Shown: piece by piece, positions 37,683 through 46,180 of the stretch
Numbering within the stretch: position 1 is the first letter of the stretch
How the letters are laid out: every line of letters starts with the position of its first letter
From: an uncultured Eubacteriales bacterium
Lineage (GTDB): Bacteria; Acidobacteriota; Aminicenantia; Aminicenantales; Saccharicenantaceae
Length of the DNA stretch: 64,000 bases
Assembly: GCA_964652895.1 (NCBI GenBank)
Contig: CAZZCH010000001.1
Span: 4,814-68,813, forward strand
Direction of reading: 5' to 3'
Made by a program: the position numbers and the translations under genes
Notes under the pieces: generated by a model
What the model saw: only the letters and a program-made list of their open reading frames with translations
Database searches by the model: none
Told to the model about the DNA's origin: nothing

Positions 37683-38072
37683 TCAGGGTTGTGACGATTT
37701 CATTTCGAGGACGACGACGGCCGAGGCCAGGTCCTTGATATGGGTAAGCGAGACCTCCATGGACGAGATGCCGTGGGCCTCGCAGAACTCCTTGACCTTG
37801 CCGTGGATGAAAAGCTCGGGCTTGCCCAGGGCGTTGTTGACGACCTCGATCTCGGAGAACTTGTGGCCGCCGCTCCAGCCCGTGCCCATGGCCTTGAGGA
37901 AGGCCTCCTTGGCCGCGAACCGGGCGGCGAAATGCATGGCCGGGCGGTGTTTGGATTCGCAGTAGGCGATCTCGGTCGGAGTGAAGAGCTTTGTCTTGAG
38001 GCTCTCCGTGCGGACGAGCTTCTCCTCGACCCTTTGGACCTCGATGATGTCCGTTCCCGCCCCGAAAATCAA
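37683..38072 (-). CDS. acpS: holo-[acyl-carrier-protein] synthase (4'-phosphopantetheinyl transferase, AcpS type)
   Basis: 129 aa. The N-terminus (M)IFGAGTDIIEV and the core FAAKEAFLKAMG match AcpS. TTG start. Confidence 0.8.
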   Translation of the reverse strand: MIFGAGTDIIEVQRVEEKLVRTESLKTKLFTPTEIAYCESKHRPAMHFAARFAAKEAFLKAMGTGWSGGHKFSEIEVVNNALGKPELFIHGKVKEFCEAHGISSMEVSLTHIKDLASAVVVLEMKSSQP

Positions 38073-38194
38073 CGACTTGTGCGCCTTTCGTCCATGGAGT
38101 GCGGGCCCCGCGACACTTGGCCGGCCTCGAGGCGGCCGCGTTGACCGTCGGCCCGTAAAGACGGACCTTTATTATAGATAAGCGCCCTGAAATG

Positions 38195-38665
38195 TCAAAG
38201 AGGGATGCTGTTTCCTATCAGGATTCCAAGCAACATCTTATCTAGAAGATCAGCCGGACTGACCGTCTTAAAGGGAAAGCCACCCTTTTGGCCGATCTGA
38301 GAGATCAGATTTTTATCGCCCGTCACGAAATAATCGGCCTTCCCGTTGACGACCGAAACTAGGACAGGCAAATCCTTGTCCCCCACGGCGCCCCTAAAAG
38401 GGGCCAACTCCTCAGGGGCAGGTACGGAAATGACCTCGAGCTTCAGTTTGGGCAGAAATCGGCGGTAGGCCGGGAGTGCCTCGGGCATTTTCTTCCCGAT
38501 ATTCCGCTCGATCTCGATGAGATTGTAGCATCCCGTCAAGCCCGTCAGGGCCGGAAGATCCAGGCTCAGAATATCGAGGATCAGGCGCGGCGCTCCCCTC
38601 CATGATACCAGGCCGGATAGGATCACGTTCGAATCGAGGAAGATCCTAAGACTTCTTTTCGCCAT
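38195..38665 (-). CDS. PIN-domain toxin (VapC-like) of a type II toxin-antitoxin pair
   Basis: MAKRSLRIFLDSNVILS, a conserved Asp near the N-terminus, and a later D...D pattern. Its start overlaps the end of the upstream antitoxin gene by 20 nt. Confidence 0.65.
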   Translation of the reverse strand: MAKRSLRIFLDSNVILSGLVSWRGAPRLILDILSLDLPALTGLTGCYNLIEIERNIGKKMPEALPAYRRFLPKLKLEVISVPAPEELAPFRGAVGDKDLPVLVSVVNGKADYFVTGDKNLISQIGQKGGFPFKTVSPADLLDKMLLGILIGNSIPL

Positions 38666-38933
38666 AGGTCTCCTCGAAGAGGGCACGCCTCTCGTCCTCG
38701 AGGCCTTCGATCAGCTCCTCGAGCGTTGCACCCGAGGCCTTCATGATCCTGCCCAGCTCCCGGCGCGCTTCATCGAGTTCGAGTTTTCGCGGAGTGACCA
38801 GAATGGAGTCGCCAATGGGGATGATGGAAACGTTTTCTCCGTCATATAGGGTTCCCTTTTCCCGCACTTTCTTTGGGATGGTCAATTGCCCGCGTTCTCT
38901 TATCTGAGATTTATATGGTTTGGCATTGTCCAT
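38646..38933 (-). CDS. AbrB/MazE/SpoVT-family antitoxin
   Basis: 95 aa. QLTIPKKVREKG is a swapped-hairpin beta-barrel DNA-binding motif. The C-terminal half is acidic. Confidence 0.65.
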   Translation of the reverse strand: MDNAKPYKSQIRERGQLTIPKKVREKGTLYDGENVSIIPIGDSILVTPRKLELDEARRELGRIMKASGATLEELIEGLEDERRALFEETYGEKKS

Positions 38934-38962
38934 GGCGGCTCTCCCGTCGTAAATTCTGTATT

Positions 38963-38985
38963 CAGATTATCAGATATCTGATTAT
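38963..38985. promoter_or_regulatory. palindromic operator candidate (perfect 14-bp core ATCAGATATCTGAT) upstream of the antitoxin gene
   Basis: The palindrome is seen directly. It lies about 35 bp upstream of the ATG at 38933, where an autoregulated TA operator is expected. Confidence 0.4.
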
Positions 38986-39038
38986 TATGTCAAGGGGGAA
39001 TTCAATCAGTTTAGCGTATGGGCAGGACGTTCTCTCGT

Positions 39039-40565
39039 TCAGCGTCTGGCGCGCAACGTCGCCAGCGCTTCGGCGACCTCTTGGCCTTTGGCTTCGATCT
39101 CGTCCAGGATCTGCTCTGGGGTCCGTTCGTCCACGACGACCTTACGGTTGGGATTGACCGCCTTGAGGTCATAGCCCCGTTCCTCGATCTCGGCCCGGGT
39201 GACCGTCCAGCTCCGCTCGCTTTCGGCCCGCTCCGGCAGCAGTTTGAAGAATTCCTCAAAATGCGCCACCGTGAGAGGTGACTTTTTCCCTACCTTAATG
39301 TCCGAAAGGTCGAAATACCAAATCTGCTCCGTCGGTTTTCCCCTGGTGAAAAAGAGTAGATTAGTTTTGACGCCGGCCCCCGCGTTGACGAACGCCCCGC
39401 CGGAGAGGCTGATCAGGGCCCATAGGTCGCAGTCATCGAGCAATTTGCGCTTGGTTTGGACGAAGGCCGTTTCATTCGTCCGAAAAAGAACCCCCTCGTC
39501 GAGAACGATCCCGCATCGTCCGCCCGGCTTGAGCGAATCGATAACGTGTTGGAGGAAGAGGACCTGTGTCGCTCCCGTCTTGTAGGCGAAACGAGTTTGG
39601 GCCTCTTTGCCTTCCTTGCCCCCAAAAGGAGGGTTCGTCAGGACGACGTCGAAGAGAGCCGGCGCGTCCTGATAGAGCCCGCCGTAGATTTCATTCCCCG
39701 TGAGAGTGTTGCCGTGCCAGAGCCGCGGCTCGTCGATGCCATGCAAGATCAGGTTAGCCAGGGCGATCGGATAGATGAGATTTTCCTTCTCCCGGCCATA
39801 GAAGGTCCGTTGAGCGAGGGCATCGATCTTGTCGGGGGTCACGCCAGCTTTCGAATGCTCCCGCATGTAGAGGAACGACTGGACAAGGAAGCCGCCTGTT
39901 CCGCAACAGGGGTCATAAACCGTCTCTCCGGTTTTCGGGCCGATCGCCCTGACCATGGCCCGGATGACCTCACGGGGCGTGAAAAACTGCCCCCCGTCGT
40001 TGCCCTTCTCTCCCATCTTAAGGAGAAGTCCCTCATAGACCTGGGAAAGCGGAAAAACGTGAGTGGGGTCGATGGATTCGTTTGTGATTTCGTCGACTTT
40101 GTCCAAGACGTCGAGGAAGTTTCGCTCGGTATCGATGCGAACACGCTCGACGCCGGATAATATTTCGCTGATAACTTTCTGCCTGGAGGATGCGTTGGGC
40201 CGCTCTCGGAGCCCCCGCAAATGGGGTAAAAGCTCGCCGTTGACGAAGCCGAAAAAACCGCCTAAAGCCCCGTTCTGAAGTTCTACGCGCTTGGGCCCCT
40301 TAGGGTCGGCCCAATCCTTCCAGCGGAAAGGAGATTCAAGCGAGGGTATGTATTCCGCGCTAACGGCCTCCGACTCCTCCGCCTCCCGGGCCTCTTTTTC
40401 GTCCAGGATCCGAAGGAAAAGGAGCCAAGTCAGCTCCGGCACGTATTGCAGGGCGCCGGCGCAGTTCGAACGCCGCATGACATCGCATATGGACTTGACG
40501 GCAGAATTTACGGATCCCTGCGAATTCAGCCGCTTGCCGTTTCCATTTTTCCTCGCTCTGGCCAT
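39039..40565 (-). CDS. hsdM: type I restriction-modification system, N6-adenine DNA methyltransferase subunit
   Basis: N-terminal HsdM_N region, a DPCCGTGGFL SAM motif and an NPPFG catalytic motif. Confidence 0.9.
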   Translation of the reverse strand: MARARKNGNGKRLNSQGSVNSAVKSICDVMRRSNCAGALQYVPELTWLLFLRILDEKEAREAEESEAVSAEYIPSLESPFRWKDWADPKGPKRVELQNGALGGFFGFVNGELLPHLRGLRERPNASSRQKVISEILSGVERVRIDTERNFLDVLDKVDEITNESIDPTHVFPLSQVYEGLLLKMGEKGNDGGQFFTPREVIRAMVRAIGPKTGETVYDPCCGTGGFLVQSFLYMREHSKAGVTPDKIDALAQRTFYGREKENLIYPIALANLILHGIDEPRLWHGNTLTGNEIYGGLYQDAPALFDVVLTNPPFGGKEGKEAQTRFAYKTGATQVLFLQHVIDSLKPGGRCGIVLDEGVLFRTNETAFVQTKRKLLDDCDLWALISLSGGAFVNAGAGVKTNLLFFTRGKPTEQIWYFDLSDIKVGKKSPLTVAHFEEFFKLLPERAESERSWTVTRAEIEERGYDLKAVNPNRKVVVDERTPEQILDEIEAKGQEVAEALATLRARR

Positions 40566-40567
40566 AT

Positions 40568-41578
40568 CTACTTCCTTTTGCTGATGAGATTCATGACAAT
40601 GCGGATTATCGAATTCTTTTCCCGCGGCGAGCTCTCCGCAATGAGGAGCGTTATGGCCACAAGAGCGGTATCGGCAATTCGCTTCGTGCCGTCTTGATGA
40701 TAAAGCGAACCATTTTTCTCCATGAACCAGAGGAATAGCGCCGCCGCGATTCGTTTGTTGCCGTCCACGAAGCTGTGGTTTTTGACCAGGAAATAGAGGA
40801 GATGGGCCGCCTTCTCTTCGAGACCGGGATAAACGTCCTTCCCGTCGAACGTCTGCATGACGGCGTTAAGTGAACTATGGAGGCTGTCGTCCTTCTCGCG
40901 GCCGAAAATGTCCGAAGCGCCGAATTTCTCACGGAGCCGCTCGATAATGCTTTGAGCCTCGTCGTAGGAAATCGAATTCGCCCGGCCTTTTTGAACGGGC
41001 GCGGCAGGGATCTTCTGATGGTCGTAATCGTCGAGAAGGTCCAAGGCATAGGCGTAGTCCGTGACCACGCGCAACAGTGCTTTGGCCTCATCCGACGTAA
41101 CTTCGTAATGGTCCAGGACGTGCTCGACGAGCTGAAGCGACTGCCGAAGCTCCTTGAGGCGGTGCTCATTCGCCGTGTACCCCTTGACGATATGGTCCTT
41201 CAGAACGTTTGTGGCCCAGATACGGAACTGGGTCCCACGCTTGGAATTCACCCGGTAGCCGACGGAGATTATCATGTCAAGGCTGAAAAGGTCGATCTGG
41301 CGGATCTTGCCATCAGCAGCAACCTGTGCATTTTTTGCACAGGTTGATTTCTCGGCTAACTCATTGGTAGAGTAGATGTTGTGGATGTGTTTAAGGATAA
41401 CGGTACGATCACGCCCGAATAGGGCAGCCATCTGATGCGCGTCAAGCCAGACAGTATCCCGCTCAAGGCGTACCTCTAAGGCCGCAGGGCCGCCGGCTGT
41501 CCGATAGAGGACTATTTCCCCCTTTCTTTCACCAGGAATCCACCTATCTGCTTTTTCTTGGATTTTATTCTTTGCCAT
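40568..41578 (-). CDS. RhuM-family protein fused to a Fic/DOC domain
   Basis: The N-terminal 200 aa are RhuM-like (virulence protein family). The C-terminus carries the Fic motif HSFVDGNKRIAAALF, i.e. HxFx(D/E)GNKR. It is embedded between hsdS and hsdM. Confidence 0.8.
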   Translation of the reverse strand: MAKNKIQEKADRWIPGERKGEIVLYRTAGGPAALEVRLERDTVWLDAHQMAALFGRDRTVILKHIHNIYSTNELAEKSTCAKNAQVAADGKIRQIDLFSLDMIISVGYRVNSKRGTQFRIWATNVLKDHIVKGYTANEHRLKELRQSLQLVEHVLDHYEVTSDEAKALLRVVTDYAYALDLLDDYDHQKIPAAPVQKGRANSISYDEAQSIIERLREKFGASDIFGREKDDSLHSSLNAVMQTFDGKDVYPGLEEKAAHLLYFLVKNHSFVDGNKRIAAALFLWFMEKNGSLYHQDGTKRIADTALVAITLLIAESSPREKNSIIRIVMNLISKRK

Positions 41579-41580
41579 GG

Positions 41581-42795
41581 TCAGGGCTCTCCATTAAACG
41601 CCCTTCTTAATAACGCCGCAGGCAGGGAATTTATCTCATGGAGTTGTTTCTCGATATCGTTCCGGAGCCGTTCCGTGGATGCCATTTGCTCATTCAGAAC
41701 GGCCGCGATATGTTTTTGCTCGGCCATTTCACATACTGGGACTTGGAGGTTCTCTATATGCGGCCGCGTTATTTTTTTCATCGATCCACTGGCTCCACCA
41801 GCCTTCGATCTCCAATATCCGCTTATGAATAAAAAAGAAAGATAGTTTGTGAGAAATTCCGGATGTACATCATGGGCTGTTCTTATCCTGATCGTGAGAT
41901 CCGAGGCGACGATCTGATTGGCAGCACCTTTATAAAGAGAAACCCGGCCAACAAGCTCGGCCGTGTTGCTTCGAGCGATAAGAATTTCGCCCGGGTTCAA
42001 AATACACATTGGTACGTCTTTTGCCCTCATGTGGCCAGTTTTTATGCCATCATAAGAAAATCCGCCTTCCGTGAGACACGCGGTGGTAACTGCTTGGACT
42101 TCGACGTCCCCTTCAGTAGCAATGGATTTCGATGGCAAGAGTGTTGCAGTATTTCCTAATCTAGCCCACCGCCAGTCGGGAGGCAATTCCTGTCCTTCCT
42201 TAGGAAAGACCTGACCCAGATAAGCTGCCGGGAGCGCCTTTGCCGCCTCAAGCTGAGCCTCAGCGGCGGCTCGCGCTTTTTCCACAGCCCCCGTCTGCTC
42301 ATCGAGAATGGCAGCAATGCGCTTTTGCTCGGATAGGGGCGGGAGGGGTACGGCGAAGTCTTCAAGCTCCTTGCGATTGATTGCCCCGAAGGTGCTTCCA
42401 CTTCCCTTTCTCTCTAGGTTACTTTCTTCTTTTTTTATCCAGAACAAAAGGAAGTCCATTTCAATGCTATTCCCACACCGAACAGCAGCAAGCCCTCTCC
42501 CGATACAGCATTCTTGGTTGGCAACATTAGTTGGCCCAACGGGTGCTCTTACTGATATGAGTATGTCCTTTGCTTTTGCTAACTTTGTTGGCTCGACACA
42601 CCAGGCTCGAGGAATCGGATGCCGCTGGCCGAAATCAGCTTTTCCTTGAAAAAACGGGAGGCCCTCTGGGGCTTTTCGATAAGTATGACCAGGGGGAGAC
42701 TGACCTGCAATAATTTCACACACCTCCCCTAGTTCCACCCACCGCCAGCCGGGGGGTAAAGTTGGCTGCTCTTTCAATCTTCTATTGACATTCAT
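41581..42795 (-). CDS. hsdS: type I restriction-modification system specificity subunit (two target-recognition domains)
   Basis: Two TRD halves separated by the conserved LPPLSEQKRIAAILDE and (END) LPAALLRRAF coiled-coil spacers. Confidence 0.85.
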   Translation of the reverse strand: MNVNRRLKEQPTLPPGWRWVELGEVCEIIAGQSPPGHTYRKAPEGLPFFQGKADFGQRHPIPRAWCVEPTKLAKAKDILISVRAPVGPTNVANQECCIGRGLAAVRCGNSIEMDFLLFWIKKEESNLERKGSGSTFGAINRKELEDFAVPLPPLSEQKRIAAILDEQTGAVEKARAAAEAQLEAAKALPAAYLGQVFPKEGQELPPDWRWARLGNTATLLPSKSIATEGDVEVQAVTTACLTEGGFSYDGIKTGHMRAKDVPMCILNPGEILIARSNTAELVGRVSLYKGAANQIVASDLTIRIRTAHDVHPEFLTNYLSFLFISGYWRSKAGGASGSMKKITRPHIENLQVPVCEMAEQKHIAAVLNEQMASTERLRNDIEKQLHEINSLPAALLRRAFNGEP

Positions 42796-42906
42796 AGGTT
42801 TGTCTTAGATATTATAGCCAATCCGGTTATCCGGAGGTGGATGGCGAAGGCCATCGGGCCCATTTGGGCCTTTTTATTTCCGGGCTCCCGCTGTGTTTTC
42901 TTGGGC

Positions 42907-43533
42907 TCATGCCTTGGAAAGTCCTCGGAGACGCCGGTTCACGGCCTCAAGATTGAAGAACGAGGGGTTGAATCTTCCGCCCATCCACTCTTTGATCTCT
43001 TCGTGTTCAGGATGATTGGTGTCCTTGATGATTTCCAGTTTCCCGTAGTATCCGTAAAGGCCGCCGCTGTCCTCGGGCGGACAGGCATTCTCTCCTTCAA
43101 GGCACCGGGGATACGATGCCCCTTCATTTGGGAGATCGGCTTTCTCTACCGTGATTTCGTGGATCCAATCGTCTCCGAAATCATAGATATAGCGGAACGA
43201 TTTCCCGGTCGCGGGAATAACGTCCTTCGCCCTGACCCGGCTTTCATCGCGCATCTCGGGCGCGAACAGATTGTCCGACGATGCCGAAGGCCCATAATTG
43301 GTCCCGCCGATGACGAATTCATGAAGATGGTCATCCTCCCAGCCCATCGCCCACTGTAAAACTTTGTGCAAGACCGCCAGCCTGAGGCTGCCGGGGACTT
43401 GGATCCGGCGCCAGATCGGAGGTTTGGAGCCCGCCAAGACGACTTTTAGTTGGTATATGCCATCCTTCGTTACGGCTGAAGCCTGCCGCGCGCTCTTCGA
43501 GTGTCCGGAAGGAAGCCTCGTCTTGGTTTTCAT
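42907..43533 (-). CDS. pRiA4b ORF-3-like family protein (PF07929), unknown function
   Basis: YQLKVVLAGSKPPIWRRIQVPGSLRLAVLHKVLQWAMGWEDDHLHEF is the family signature. ATGA overlap with hsdR. Confidence 0.6.
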   Translation of the reverse strand: MKTKTRLPSGHSKSARQASAVTKDGIYQLKVVLAGSKPPIWRRIQVPGSLRLAVLHKVLQWAMGWEDDHLHEFVIGGTNYGPSASSDNLFAPEMRDESRVRAKDVIPATGKSFRYIYDFGDDWIHEITVEKADLPNEGASYPRCLEGENACPPEDSGGLYGYYGKLEIIKDTNHPEHEEIKEWMGGRFNPSFFNLEAVNRRLRGLSKA

Positions 43534-45896
43534 GTCTCGAACATCCTTTCCTTGGTCTCCATGAGGATTTCGGAGGGCTTGCCCATCGCTTTCAGGGCGG
43601 CCAGGCCGCCGGCGCCGACGACCTCGGGCGTCTGGAATACGGCCGGATTCTCCAGCCCTTCGGTGCCGGCCCGGGCGAATTGTCCAGCGACGGCGCGGAT
43701 GACGGCTGCCGTCTCCGTCGGCATCCCTTTCAGCCAGGCCTCGTGCTTGTAGGTGAAGGAATCAGCCCGCTCTCCTCGGGTTTTGGGTGCCATACCGTAG
43801 CCGAGCTCGGCTAGGACATCATAAAGGTCATAATCGAGCATGCCCTCGAGACTGCGGACCATGGGAGCGGACCGTCCGGCGTCGGGCAGATGGGAAATCA
43901 GATCCCGGCGCCTGGGCGGGACGACCCAGACCGAACGGAACTTCTCGAGCGTCGGCGCTTCCTTAACCAACCGGGCGGCCAGCCGTTCCTTGTATTCTTC
44001 GACGGTCACTGGCATGGCCTTTCCGTCTTCGTCAGTCACAATATAGCGCCCGGCAGCAGTGACCCGGACCTGGAAGCCTTCGACCAGAAGCACGCGCTCA
44101 GCTTCTCCCTCCGCTGAAGGCTTGTACTTGCGCTCGCGAGGCGGCCTATATTTCTCGCGGAACTCCTCACCGAAGAGCCGCGTCGCGTCGGTATAATCGA
44201 AGACACGGAACATGAGCTTGCCGTCCGGGGCATAGAGCCGGGTCCCGCGCCCGACCATCTGATAAAATGCGATCGGCGAGCGGACATATTTGAAAAAGAC
44301 GATATTACGAACGCATGGAACATCGACACCCGTGCTCAGCAAATCCACAGTCGTGGCGATAAAATAGCGGCGCGAAGCTCCGCGCAGGTCAGCCAGGTAC
44401 TCGTTGCCGCCTGAGGCCGCGGTGCATTTGAAAGCATACGGCTCGGCCCGTTGACGTTTCTTGCCGGCACACCAATCGGCGTAGAGATTGTTCAACGTCG
44501 CCGCGACGTCATCGGCATGCCTATCCCTGCGGCAGAAGATGATCGTCTTCTGCTCGGGCTCGCCGACGGCCAGGAGTTGTTCGAAAAGGCTCTCGCACAT
44601 CGCCGCGACGCGCTCGGGCATCAGGAGATGGTCCTCCAGACTGGGTGCGTCATAGTAGTCGCGGGCTTCGTCTTTAGTGAGCCCTTCTCCTGTAGAAGCA
44701 TCCTTAAGTTTCTTCCCGGCCAGGTCGTCTCGCGAAACGCCGCTCTCCCGCTCATTCACTTTCTTGTTGTCATGAAAGAGGTCGAACCGGCGTATTTCGC
44801 AAGCGGCAAGATAGCCGTCCTCGATGCCCTGGGCCATGTCATATTCATAGACCGGCTTGCCGAACCAGCGGATGTTGTCGGCCGTGATCTGAGCATCGTT
44901 ACGGAACTCCTTGGTCTCTTCCCTGATGTCGAGGCGTCGAGGTGTCGCGGTCAACCCGACTTGGATGGCCAGGGGATTACGGGTGAGAACCTGGGACCAC
45001 TTGCCCCAGGCGGAACGGTGGCACTCGTCGATGACGATGTGGCTGAAGTAGTTCTCGGGATAGTGGGTCAGGAGGAAGTTCGCGTCGGCGTCGTCCGTGT
45101 CCACGTCGAGCGTTTGATAGGTAGCGACGAGAATTCGAGCGTTTTTCTGGGGATTATCACCCGTGACCGCGGCGGCGTCGGCCCCAAACACGTTCTGGAA
45201 GGCTGAAAGTCCCTGGGACCGGAGTTCGTCCCGGTCGCAGACGAACAGGGCGCGACGGAGCTGGCCGGCATCGGCGATCCGTTTGAGAAGATTTACGGCG
45301 ATGAACGTCTTGCCCGAGCCCGTTGCCAGAGCAAGCAGGGCACGTTTTTCGCCGCGAGCAGTCTTTTCAAGGACAGCGCGGATCGCGGCGTCCTGGTAAT
45401 AGCGCCGCGTGGCTTCCCCACCGGCATAGCGGACGAGGAGCGGGCGCGCGGCCGGAAGATCCAGAGTAAAACCCATGTGCTTTTCATAACGGGCGCGCAG
45501 GTCGGCCGGGGCGGGGAAATCGGTCAAGGGCGCTGGCGCAGATGTCTGGCCGGTGAACCTATCGAATTCGACAAAAAGGTGTCCGTTGCTCGAGTAGACG
45601 AATGGGACGTTAAGCCGCTTACAGGCGGCATAGAGCTTAGCCTGTTCGAGCCCGTGAGTTGGGGGCAGATGCTCGGCCTTGGCTTCGATGAGGGCGACGG
45701 CGACCGGCTGGCTATCCAGAGTGGCCTTGACCCTGAGGACGTAGTCGATACGGCCTCGGGACCGGCGGCGCGGGCCGCTGTCCCCGATTTCTATGGCGCC
45801 AGCGGTTTCTTCCCGCCGAATGAGGTCTTCCGTCCAGCCGCGCCTGTGAATGGCGGGGTCGATTAGCTTCGCCCGAGTATCGGATTCGGTCAGCAT
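43530..45896 (-). CDS. hsdR: type I restriction enzyme R subunit
   Basis: N-terminal restriction-endonuclease-like domain, Walker A LATGSGKTF, a DEAH-box VIDECHRS, and helicase motifs up to QMVGRGTR. Confidence 0.9.
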   Translation of the reverse strand: MLTESDTRAKLIDPAIHRRGWTEDLIRREETAGAIEIGDSGPRRRSRGRIDYVLRVKATLDSQPVAVALIEAKAEHLPPTHGLEQAKLYAACKRLNVPFVYSSNGHLFVEFDRFTGQTSAPAPLTDFPAPADLRARYEKHMGFTLDLPAARPLLVRYAGGEATRRYYQDAAIRAVLEKTARGEKRALLALATGSGKTFIAVNLLKRIADAGQLRRALFVCDRDELRSQGLSAFQNVFGADAAAVTGDNPQKNARILVATYQTLDVDTDDADANFLLTHYPENYFSHIVIDECHRSAWGKWSQVLTRNPLAIQVGLTATPRRLDIREETKEFRNDAQITADNIRWFGKPVYEYDMAQGIEDGYLAACEIRRFDLFHDNKKVNERESGVSRDDLAGKKLKDASTGEGLTKDEARDYYDAPSLEDHLLMPERVAAMCESLFEQLLAVGEPEQKTIIFCRRDRHADDVAATLNNLYADWCAGKKRQRAEPYAFKCTAASGGNEYLADLRGASRRYFIATTVDLLSTGVDVPCVRNIVFFKYVRSPIAFYQMVGRGTRLYAPDGKLMFRVFDYTDATRLFGEEFREKYRPPRERKYKPSAEGEAERVLLVEGFQVRVTAAGRYIVTDEDGKAMPVTVEEYKERLAARLVKEAPTLEKFRSVWVVPPRRRDLISHLPDAGRSAPMVRSLEGMLDYDLYDVLAELGYGMAPKTRGERADSFTYKHEAWLKGMPTETAAVIRAVAGQFARAGTEGLENPAVFQTPEVVGAGGLAALKAMGKPSEILMETKERMFET

Positions 45897-46180
45897 GGTC
45901 CCTTGGCGTCTCTTGCCTCAGGTGTTTGATAACATAGGGCAGACGGATGGTCAAGGCCGCGGTCGCCGCCGTCGGACATGAACGGCTGTTTCTCGCCGTC
46001 GCGCAATTGGACGGCCATCACCTGCTGGGGCGTGGCCAGGACGTGGTTATCCTCGGTGCCGAACTTCTGAGTGAAGAGGTTGGCGATGCCGCTCCCCCGG
46101 TCGGAGACGAAGTACATCAGGCCCCCGGCCCCTTGCATCCCCGGCCCATCTATCGGAGAATAACCCGGACAGGTGGACGG

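Noticed and set aside
42862-42885. GGCCC-ATTT-GGGCC hairpin followed by TTTTTATTT, oriented as a + strand intrinsic terminator. A similar + oriented hairpin plus T-tract lies at 56425..56455.
   Set aside because: No + strand gene ends upstream of either site. They may be fortuitous or weak bidirectional structures. The evidence is insufficient to call them terminators.
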